Shown here: positions 27,759-34,922 of the stretch, one piece after another
How the letters are laid out: every line of letters starts with the position of its first letter
Position numbering within the stretch: position 1 is the first letter of the stretch
From: Patescibacteria group bacterium
Lineage (GTDB): Bacteria; Patescibacteriota; Minisyncoccia; Portnoybacterales; UBA2143
Direction: 5' to 3'
Assembly (NCBI GenBank): GCA_018830295.1
Contig: JAHJSM010000001.1
Span: 257,980-321,979 of the forward strand
DNA: 64,000 bases
Notes under the pieces: model-generated
The model's input: the letters and a program-made list of their open reading frames with translations, nothing else
Told to the model about the DNA's origin: nothing
The model's database searches: none
Made by a program: the position numbers and the translations under genes

Positions 27759-29297
27759 TTACATTTTCTCTGGCGCTTTGATGCCCATTAAGTCCAATGT
27801 GTTTTTTAAAACAATCTTCGTCGCTTTAACTAAACAAATTCTTGCTTGGCTCAACTCCTTATTTTCATCATCCAAAACGCGGCATTTTTCATAAAATCTA
27901 TGAAAGGCGTTCGCCAATTCCATAGAATATTGAGGCAACCGCTGAACCTGATAATCCTTCGCTATATCCTCAACAATTTCAGGAAATTTAATTAAATGGC
28001 GAATAAGATTTAACTCTTCCAGATGAGTTAACTTCATCAGGGACAGTCCCCGAAAATCAGGGACAGTCCCCGATTTCGCTAAAATTCCGCAGATTCTCGC
28101 GTGGGCATATTGGACATAAAAGACGGGGTTTTTGTTTGATTGTTCCCGCGCCAAATCCATATCAAAATTCAAATGGGTATCGGGAGATTTTTGCAAAAAG
28201 AAAAATCGCGTCGCATCCGCGCCAACCTTTTCAATCAACTCGTCCATTTCCACATAGACCCCCGCCCGTTTTGACATTCTCTTTTTCTCGCCTTTTTCTA
28301 AAATTGTAACGAACTGCAAAAGAACCGTTTCCAATTTTCCTTTATGTCCGATCGCTTCCACCCCCGCCGCTAATCCCGCAACATCACCATGGTGGTCGGC
28401 TCCCCAAACATTAATTACCCGAGTAAATTTCTTCTCGTTGAATTTGCGCCAATGAAAAGCGATATCGCCCGCCAAGTATGTTTTGTTTCCGTCTTTCTTG
28501 ACCAAAACCCTATCTCTTGTGTCGCCGAGTTCAGACGACTTGAACCATCGCGCGCCGTCCTTTTCGTAAAAAAATCCTTTCTTTTCCAAAAAATCCAAAA
28601 CCTCATCCACCAAACCAGATTGATAAATCTCTGACTCCAAAGCCCATTCGTCATATTTAATCCCCAATTTATCTGTCGTCTTGCGGATTAAATTTTCAAT
28701 AATATATTTCGCCGCCGCTTTCCCTGCCTCACGCGCGTCTTTTCCTTTATTTTTTTTATTTAGTTCGTCAATATATCCCCCCTTATAAACCGCTTCGCTA
28801 TCTTTCAAAACAGAATGTCCCAAGGCCTCAATCTGCATTCCATGGTCATTGACATAATACGCCCTTTCAACATTAAATCCGGACTTGCTCAAAACGCCCG
28901 CCAAAACATCCCCAAAGGGCCCGCCCCTTCCGTTCGCCACTGTCAAAGGTCCTGTCGGATTGGCGGAAACAAACTCAACCTGAACTTTTTCGCCCTTACC
29001 AACGCCGATTTCTCCGTAACGAGCGCCTTTTTTAATAATCTCCGCCAGTTCATCTAATAATATTTTTTTTGACAAAGTAAAATTAATAAAACCAGGACCC
29101 GCTACCTCCACTTTTTCAAAAGCGGGATGAACTTCCAATTTCGCGACAATTTTTCGCGCGTCAACCTTCATCCGCAAAGCGACATTTGTGGAATAGTCCC
29201 CAAAATCAGAATTACCCGGCCGCTCCAAAAACGCCTCACCCCCAACAACCCCCTCAATAATTTTCTTAACTTCATCTCTGATCATATCTTCTATCAT
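27759..29297 (-). CDS. argS: arginyl-tRNA synthetase
   Basis: 512 aa; 'ANPTGPLTVANGRG' HIGH-equivalent, C-terminal DALR anticodon-binding domain 'YVQYAHARI'. Confidence 0.9.
   Translation of the reverse strand: MIEDMIRDEVKKIIEGVVGGEAFLERPGNSDFGDYSTNVALRMKVDARKIVAKLEVHPAFEKVEVAGPGFINFTLSKKILLDELAEIIKKGARYGEIGVGKGEKVQVEFVSANPTGPLTVANGRGGPFGDVLAGVLSKSGFNVERAYYVNDHGMQIEALGHSVLKDSEAVYKGGYIDELNKKNKGKDAREAGKAAAKYIIENLIRKTTDKLGIKYDEWALESEIYQSGLVDEVLDFLEKKGFFYEKDGARWFKSSELGDTRDRVLVKKDGNKTYLAGDIAFHWRKFNEKKFTRVINVWGADHHGDVAGLAAGVEAIGHKGKLETVLLQFVTILEKGEKKRMSKRAGVYVEMDELIEKVGADATRFFFLQKSPDTHLNFDMDLAREQSNKNPVFYVQYAHARICGILAKSGTVPDFRGLSLMKLTHLEELNLIRHLIKFPEIVEDIAKDYQVQRLPQYSMELANAFHRFYEKCRVLDDENKELSQARICLVKATKIVLKNTLDLMGIKAPEKM
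28036..28073. repeat. tandem direct repeat 2 x ATCAGGGACAGTCCCCGA (AA spacer) inside argS coding sequence
   Basis: Read directly; encodes 'SGTVPD' and 'RGLSLM' using the two copies in different frames. Confidence 0.8.
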
Positions 29298-29348
29298 ATC
29301 CCATTATTAAGATTTGTTCAATAAACCAAAAAGATATACAATTAAAAC

Positions 29349-29798
29349 ATGCCGACTCTCGCTATTAACCCACGAGCCAGATATGATTATGAAATTTTAG
29401 ACACCTACGAGGCTGGAGTGGTTTTAATTGGACAAGAAGTTAAAGCGATTAAAAGAGGAAGCATCAGTTTAAAAGGCGCTTATGTCGCCATTAGAAATAA
29501 CGAGGCGTGGCTCATCAACGCGCAGGTCTCTCCCTACCAGCCCAAAAATACACCCGCCGATTATGACTCAACCCGTTCTCGAAAATTGCTTCTTCATAAA
29601 AGCGAAATTAAAGAGTTAATCGGCAAGACAAAACAAAAGGGCTTGACTTTAACGCCCATCCGCGTTTATACTAAACAAAATCAGATTAAACTGGAATTCG
29701 GCTTGGGTCGCGGGAAAAGAAAATCCGACAAGCGGGAAAAAATTAAAAAGAGAGAAACACAAAGAAAAATCAACCGCGCGCTGAAGGAATGGTTTTAA
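29349..29798 (+). CDS. smpB: SsrA-binding protein
   Basis: 149 aa; SmpB fold pattern with basic C-terminal tail. Confidence 0.9.
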   Translation: MPTLAINPRARYDYEILDTYEAGVVLIGQEVKAIKRGSISLKGAYVAIRNNEAWLINAQVSPYQPKNTPADYDSTRSRKLLLHKSEIKELIGKTKQKGLTLTPIRVYTKQNQIKLEFGLGRGKRKSDKREKIKKRETQRKINRALKEWF

Positions 29799-29802
29799 AA
29801 AA

Positions 29803-30220
29803 GGGGATGATTGGCTTCGATGAAAGTCAATTTCTTAATAAGCAAGACGAGTTTAATCGAACACTCGTTAAAGATCGATTAAGATAATAAATGTCAATTT
29901 ATTTTCAAAGGCAAGGAACGCGGTAGCTTCGCTATTTAGCGCTCCGAACCTGGCTTTAGCTGTCGCCTAAATAATTAGTCAACAGCCGTTCAAACCTTTG
30001 ATTCCTGATAGAGGGATTTGAATGTCATTTTTCAGGATAAGCGGACAAAATTATCTCGCTTTGACCGCCGACAACTTAGGGGTAAGAATTAGAAATTTTT
30101 TGTTTAGTTTTAAGTTTTTAATTCTTTAGTTCGCTTTTGGCGAACAAATTAAACTAATCTAATCTTGTAGAATTATTAAGAATCAACTTTTAGACGCGGG
30201 TTCAATTCCCGCCATCTCCA
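29803..30220 (+). ncRNA. ssrA: tmRNA (transfer-messenger RNA)
   Basis: Starts GGGGATGATTGGCTTCGA 5 nt after the smpB stop; ends with tRNA-like GACGCGGGTTCAATTCCCGCCATCTCCA (acceptor GGGGATG/CATCTCC, CCA not encoded); internal tag ORF ends ...CTGGCTTTAGCTGTCGCCTAA (L-A-L-A-V-A-stop). Confidence 0.8.
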
Positions 30221-30245
30221 CTCGGTAAAAAGCAAAATAAAAACT

Positions 30246-30779
30246 ATTTACTACAAAAAAACTTACAAACCATTTGTCAGAAGGCCTCGCCTTAATCATC
30301 AGATAAGGGTAAGTCCTATCCGATTAATTGACGAGAAAGGGAATAATCTTGACATCGTCAAAACGGGGGAGGCGTTAAAAATGGCCCTTGAAAAAGGGCT
30401 TGATTTAATTGAAATCGCGCCCAGCGCGCAGCCGCCCGTTTGCCGCATTATGGATTTTGGCAAATACCAATACCAAAAAACGCAAGTAGAAAAGAAACAA
30501 AAAACAAAGCAGGTAAAAACAGACATCAAGGGAGTTAGAATTAGTTTGGGCATTAGCAAGCATGACGCGGAATTCAAAGCCAAGCAGGCGGAAAAATTTC
30601 TCTCGCGAGGACATAAGGTTAGAATAGAAATGATCTTGCGCGGCAGAGAAAAGGGAATGTTTGAAATAGCCCAAAGCAAAATGAAAGAATTTATTGAAAC
30701 AATCCCGATAGAAATTAAAATTGAGCAAGGAGCAAGAAGACAACAAAGGGGTTTGGGGATGGTAATTACTAAGGAATAA
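30246..30779 (+). CDS. infC: translation initiation factor IF-3, proposed non-AUG (AUU) start
   Basis: Track ORF starts at internal Met (30381), but the in-frame upstream sequence 'RRPRLNHQIRVSPIRLIDEKGNNLDIV' is the conserved IF3 N-terminus (cf. E. coli 'ARPNRINGEIRAQEVRL'); no in-frame ATG; first in-frame candidates are ATT 30246 / ATA 30237; infC-rpmI-rplT order conserved. Confidence 0.6.
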   Translation: MYYKKTYKPFVRRPRLNHQIRVSPIRLIDEKGNNLDIVKTGEALKMALEKGLDLIEIAPSAQPPVCRIMDFGKYQYQKTQVEKKQKTKQVKTDIKGVRISLGISKHDAEFKAKQAEKFLSRGHKVRIEMILRGREKGMFEIAQSKMKEFIETIPIEIKIEQGARRQQRGLGMVITKE

Positions 30780-30790
30780 GTCTAACAATT

Positions 30791-30988
30791 ATGACTAAAT
30801 TTAAAACAAGAAAAGCGTTATTAAAAAGAATAAAAATTACCGGTAGCGGAAAGTTTATGAAAAGACCGACTCACCAGGACCATCTGAACTCAAAAGAATC
30901 CGGCAATAAAACCCGAAGCAAAAGAAAAGCGACCGGGGTCTCTTCTGATAATAGGAAAGTTATAAAAGAAATATTCTCAAATATTTAA
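30791..30988 (+). CDS. rpmI: 50S ribosomal protein L35
   Basis: 65 aa; 'MTKFKTRKALLKRIKITGSGK' typical L35. Confidence 0.9.
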   Translation: MTKFKTRKALLKRIKITGSGKFMKRPTHQDHLNSKESGNKTRSKRKATGVSSDNRKVIKEIFSNI

Positions 30989-31003
30989 TTAGCATATAAA
31001 ACT

Positions 31004-31351
31004 ATGACACGAGTAAAAAGAGGAATAATGGCCAACAAGCGCCGCAAAAATATCCTTAAATTGGCGAAAGGGTTTAAGTGGGGCAGAAATGTAAAATATA
31101 AATTAGCCAAAGACGCGCTTAAACACGCGTGGACTTACGCTTATCGCGACCGTAAAGTGAGAAAGCGGGATTTTCGCCGCCTCTGGCAAATAAAAATCAA
31201 CGCCGCCGTCCGCCAGCAAGGCGTCACATACAGCCGTTTTATTGAGATATTAAAAAAGGCCAAGATTGAATTAGACAGAAAAATCTTGGCAAACTTAGCC
31301 GAAAAAAAACCAACAATCTTCGCGAAGATTGTTGAGAAGATAAAGGGATAA
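31004..31351 (+). CDS. rplT: 50S ribosomal protein L20
   Basis: 115 aa; 'MTRVKRG..ANKRRKNILKLAKGF' typical L20. Confidence 0.9.
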   Translation: MTRVKRGIMANKRRKNILKLAKGFKWGRNVKYKLAKDALKHAWTYAYRDRKVRKRDFRRLWQIKINAAVRQQGVTYSRFIEILKKAKIELDRKILANLAEKKPTIFAKIVEKIKG

Positions 31352-31353
31352 AA

Positions 31354-32286
31354 TTATATCTCCACGACAAACAGGTCTAAAGCGGTGAGGATGCCTGCGC
31401 GGCCTGTTTTTGTTTTTGTTTCAATTTCCAAGAGGCGGCGGTAGATTGTTCGCAAATGATCTAAACTAAAATTCGCCGCTTGTTGGGCCGTCTTTCTGGC
31501 GACAAAAGGATGCAACCCGCTCTTTGCCGCCAACGATGGAAAAGGAATTCCCTTTTCCATTAAGTCCTTGATTTTAAGCAAATTCCTGATCTGGTAAACA
31601 AACATGGAAAATAAATAATTTTCGTTGACCCCCTGATTAAGATGCTGGTGTAAAAGACGCAAGGCGTCTTTTTTGTTTCTCGCCGCCAAGGCGTCAATCG
31701 CCGCAAAAATATTAAGGTCTGCCTCCGACTTGACCATCAAGACCACGTCTTCTTTAGTAATAGAGTCGTTTTTTTTGTATCCGACCAGCTTACCGATTTC
31801 GTTGCTCATCTGCCAAAGGTCGCCCCCAACACGAAAAGAAAGCTCGCTCACTGCCCCGCTATCAACAACGCCTCCGTTTTTGGAAACTTCTTTTTTTATC
31901 CAATTCGTCAGCCCAGCCCCCTTGAGCGGAAGAAACTCTTCAAACATATTAACTTTTTTCTTCAAAACAGACGCCGCCAATTTCCCTTCTTGAAACAAAA
32001 CCGCGATTATGTCTTGGTTATTCTTAATCTTGTTTTTCTTGGCGTACTCAAAAAAATCTTTTTGAAAATCTTTCTCTTTAATAACATTTTCCAAAATAAT
32101 CAGTTTTTTTTCACTAAACATTGAAACCGCCTCAATTATATTTTTAACTTCGCCAAAGTCAAAATTCTTCTCGTCAAAACGCGCGAAACTCAACCCGCTC
32201 TGATGCTTGTTTTTGTATCCCGAAACAATCTCTTTTAATTTTTGTCTAAGGCGATATGTATCCTCGCCATAAAGTAAAATAATCAT
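31354..32286 (-). CDS. holA: DNA polymerase III delta subunit
   Basis: 310 aa; N-terminal 'ILLYGEDTY' clamp-loader delta pattern. Confidence 0.7.
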   Translation of the reverse strand: MIILLYGEDTYRLRQKLKEIVSGYKNKHQSGLSFARFDEKNFDFGEVKNIIEAVSMFSEKKLIILENVIKEKDFQKDFFEYAKKNKIKNNQDIIAVLFQEGKLAASVLKKKVNMFEEFLPLKGAGLTNWIKKEVSKNGGVVDSGAVSELSFRVGGDLWQMSNEIGKLVGYKKNDSITKEDVVLMVKSEADLNIFAAIDALAARNKKDALRLLHQHLNQGVNENYLFSMFVYQIRNLLKIKDLMEKGIPFPSLAAKSGLHPFVARKTAQQAANFSLDHLRTIYRRLLEIETKTKTGRAGILTALDLFVVEI

Positions 32287-32394
32287 AGATATAGATTATA
32301 AATTAAAACGCCAACACAATCAATCTATTGTACCCATCAGGCGCATACAAAATATTGATTTATTTTATATTTCTGTGTAATAGGTGCGCATTTT

Positions 32395-32520
32395 CCCGAC
32401 CACTTTTTACTTGGCGATTTTTCAATTTGATAAAAAAGGTCTGACATTGCAAGTAGAGACATTTCCGAAGGTCTCGCTTGAAAGGTCGGACCTTTTTTAA
32501 AATAACAATTTTTTAATCAC
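32395..32520. repeat. direct repeat copy A (CCCGACCACTTTT...AATTTGATAAAAAAGGTCTGAC...TTTTTAATCAC) with a 45-bp internal insertion relative to copy B
   Basis: Read directly; about 85% identical to 34141-34221 excluding the insertion. Confidence 0.65.
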
Positions 32521-32524
32521 CTAA

Positions 32525-32881
32525 CTAAATATCAAAATGTTTTTTCAAATAATCTTTTATCTGTTTAATAATTTTTACATCCGCTATGCCAATTTTATTA
32601 ATAAATCTTAAATAATCAAAAGAGCAAACATTGTAAACCTTAATAATTGAATCGCTAATTAATTTATTATCATTGTTTTTGGTAATTAAAATATCATCCG
32701 CCATCTTGTTCTTTAAATTTGAAGTCAACGGAACAACCGTAATTAAGTTCGTTTTTCTAATTTGTTTTTCGCTTTCAATAATAACAGCAGGGCGTTTGCC
32801 TTGATATTCGTATCCAAAACTTGGATCAAAATTAACTAAAAATATCTCTCCTTGTTTAAGTAGTTTTTTGTCTATGCTCAT
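32525..32881 (-). CDS. MazF/PemK-family endoribonuclease toxin-like protein
   Basis: 118 aa; 'GEIFLVNFDPSFGYEYQGKRPAVII...VVPLTS' matches the PemK/MazF SH3-like barrel signature. Confidence 0.75.
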   Translation of the reverse strand: MSIDKKLLKQGEIFLVNFDPSFGYEYQGKRPAVIIESEKQIRKTNLITVVPLTSNLKNKMADDILITKNNDNKLISDSIIKVYNVCSFDYLRFINKIGIADVKIIKQIKDYLKKHFDI

Positions 32882-33633
32882 AAATTTTCGTAATATTCAA
32901 CCTCTTTCTTTGAGATTAGACCCAAATCTTTCAAAACATCATTCGCCCCAGTTTGAATAAAGTCAGACAATTCGTCTGGCTTTTTTAGGACATCCACCAC
33001 CAAACCATTAATAAGATGCTCCGTATAATCGTTTTCGTGAATATAAATCGGAGGATAGTCGCGGCTTGATTCTGATAATAAGACGACCTGTTTGTTTTGT
33101 TTATCAAAAAACAATTTTTTAATATTGGCGCAACCATCAATAATTGAAACTACGTAATCACCGCTTTTCGCTCTTTCTCTTTTTTTATCCACCAAAACCA
33201 AGTCGCCCTCTTCTATGCTTTTTCCCTCCTCGGATACTTTAGCCCGATTCATAGAATCTCCCACCGCCCGCAGAACAAAAATATCTTTGACCCTTTTCGC
33301 GAGAGAACGACCAATAATGCCGATTGAAACTTTAACAAACTCGCTCGCTGGAATATCATCGGCGAAAGAAAGCGCCTGCCCGCAATTAGCGTCGCCTAAA
33401 ATAGGAAGCGAAATCAATCCGTCTTTTTGATTAACTCCGGATTTGGTCTTTACTATTTTATCTCCCTCCGCGTTCACCAAAAGCAAGCCCGCCTCAATCA
33501 ATTTGCCGAGATGATGTTTAATCTTTTGAGGGCTGCCCTTCTCTCCAATTAATTCGCCAATCCGACGCAAAGTCAAATCAGCCAAATTATTATCTTCCGC
33601 CAAACCTAAAATTTTTTGTTGAATTTTGTGCAT
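32878..33633 (-). CDS. lexA: LexA-like repressor (winged HTH + S24 peptidase) with C-terminal extension
   Basis: 251 aa; N-terminal LexA DNA-binding domain, cleavage-site-like 'LGDANCGQALS', S24 Ser-Lys dyad ('GDSMN' ... 'NIKKL'); about 37 extra C-terminal residues; 4-nt overlap with the mazF-like gene. Confidence 0.75.
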   Translation of the reverse strand: MHKIQQKILGLAEDNNLADLTLRRIGELIGEKGSPQKIKHHLGKLIEAGLLLVNAEGDKIVKTKSGVNQKDGLISLPILGDANCGQALSFADDIPASEFVKVSIGIIGRSLAKRVKDIFVLRAVGDSMNRAKVSEEGKSIEEGDLVLVDKKRERAKSGDYVVSIIDGCANIKKLFFDKQNKQVVLLSESSRDYPPIYIHENDYTEHLINGLVVDVLKKPDELSDFIQTGANDVLKDLGLISKKEVEYYENL

Positions 33634-33870
33634 AATTAAATTCTACACCCATTCTTATCCCCAGTCAAGTAAATCTTGACACAAGGTAAGCGTTGACAAA
33701 GAAATTAATTTGGAGTAAACTAAAATATAAGCCTAAAAATAAAACAGGGTCAACGCTAAATGGTCGAACCCTGTTTGAGAATATGTTAGGTCGATTCCTA
33801 GACATATTAACCTTAATTAACAGGATAACACATTTTCAATTTTTGGGAAAATAATATTGAGATTACTAAT

Positions 33871-34077
33871 ATGAATAAATATTATGTTAATAGAAACGCG
33901 CAAGCGAACGGAGATCACGAAGTACATAAATTTGGTTGCCGATTTATGCCTAATCCAGAAAACAGACAGTATCTTGGTGAATTCGCAACATGTCGCAGCG
34001 CAGTTGCAGAAGCAAAAAAACATTATCGACAATCAAATGGATGTTATTATTGCTCTAACGCATGCCATACACAATAG
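33871..34077 (+). CDS. small Cys-rich protein (putative zinc-binding), divergent from lexA
   Basis: 68 aa; Cys pattern C..C...CYYC..AC; followed by a good intrinsic terminator; the overlapping opposite-strand ORF is less plausible. Confidence 0.45.
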   Translation: MNKYYVNRNAQANGDHEVHKFGCRFMPNPENRQYLGEFATCRSAVAEAKKHYRQSNGCYYCSNACHTQ

Positions 34078-34091
34078 TTAAAGGTGTGTCA

Positions 34092-34127
34092 CCCCTGTCG
34101 CGCTTTGTGTGACGGGGGTATTTTTTT
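34092..34127 (+). terminator. intrinsic terminator CCCCTGTC-loop-GACGGGGG + TATTTTTTT
   Basis: 8-bp stem with one G-U, T-run follows. Confidence 0.55.
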
Positions 34128-34140
34128 GGCAAAAAGGCTC

Positions 34141-34221
34141 CCGACCACTTTTCTCTTTGCAATTTTTTAATTTGATAAAAAAGGTCTGACCTTTTTAAAT
34201 TGGCGGCTTTTTAATCACTTT
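34141..34221. repeat. direct repeat copy B (CCCGACCACTTTTCTCTTTGCAATTTTTTAATTTGATAAAAAAGGTCTGACCTTTTT...TTTTTAATCAC)
   Basis: Read directly; partner of 32395-32520. Confidence 0.65.
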
Positions 34222-34310
34222 CTGTTCATGGGGACAGTCCCCCGTCTGCGGGGGCTGCCCCCATCATCTGCTTTTCTAAAAAGTTCCTGACACCTTTTTA
34301 CTTTATAATA

Positions 34311-34919
34311 TTATATACTTTTTAATACTTTAACTTTTTCTTTATTTATAAAAACAGCATAACCTTTCAATTGCTTCGCTAATTCTTCCTTTGTCTGATG
34401 AATGGGGATGCGTTGCATCTCAAACTTTATCTGACATAAAAAAAATAATAAAAATTGTTTTAACCGACTTTCGCTACCTTTAATATTTTTGAATTTTTCT
34501 TCAAATTCTTCAGGACTAAAATATCCTATTTCAGATCTATGTCCTACAAAATTATGCCTCCATGCAGAAATATAATCTATGTCTTCTTGAATTTTTTTTA
34601 TCTCAACATTAAACCAACTTTTTAAATCTTTATTTGGTATATTTTTAACAATATACCACACATTAAAAACACTATTATTTTTATCAAACAATTTCCAAAG
34701 TTGAAGAATAGCATAATTCTCTAATGCAACATGCGAAAATGAAGTAATTGCATTATATTCTTTTCTCTTAGATGCGCGCTTATAGCGATAATCTCTCATT
34801 TTATCTCGAATCATACTCGAATGAAAAGCCTGCATAATAAGTTCATGCGCTTCTTTGTATATTCTAACTGGGTTATTTGTAATTAAATCGATCTTATTCT
34901 TTAGATTTTTGTTTTGCAT
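34311..34919 (-). CDS. hypothetical protein, possible HEPN-like partner of the R-M enzyme
   Basis: 202 aa; 4-nt gap from upstream R-M gene (operon); 'RHNFVGH' fits an R-x(4-6)-H HEPN-type motif, a weak call. Confidence 0.4.
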   Translation of the reverse strand: MQNKNLKNKIDLITNNPVRIYKEAHELIMQAFHSSMIRDKMRDYRYKRASKRKEYNAITSFSHVALENYAILQLWKLFDKNNSVFNVWYIVKNIPNKDLKSWFNVEIKKIQEDIDYISAWRHNFVGHRSEIGYFSPEEFEEKFKNIKGSESRLKQFLLFFLCQIKFEMQRIPIHQTKEELAKQLKGYAVFINKEKVKVLKSI

Positions 34920-34922
34920 AGT

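Noticed and set aside
33817-34032. Minus-strand ORF 33817-34032 overlapping the Cys-rich ORF
   Set aside because: The plus-strand ORF has a Cys-motif protein and a downstream terminator in the right orientation; the minus ORF is hydrophobic low-complexity.
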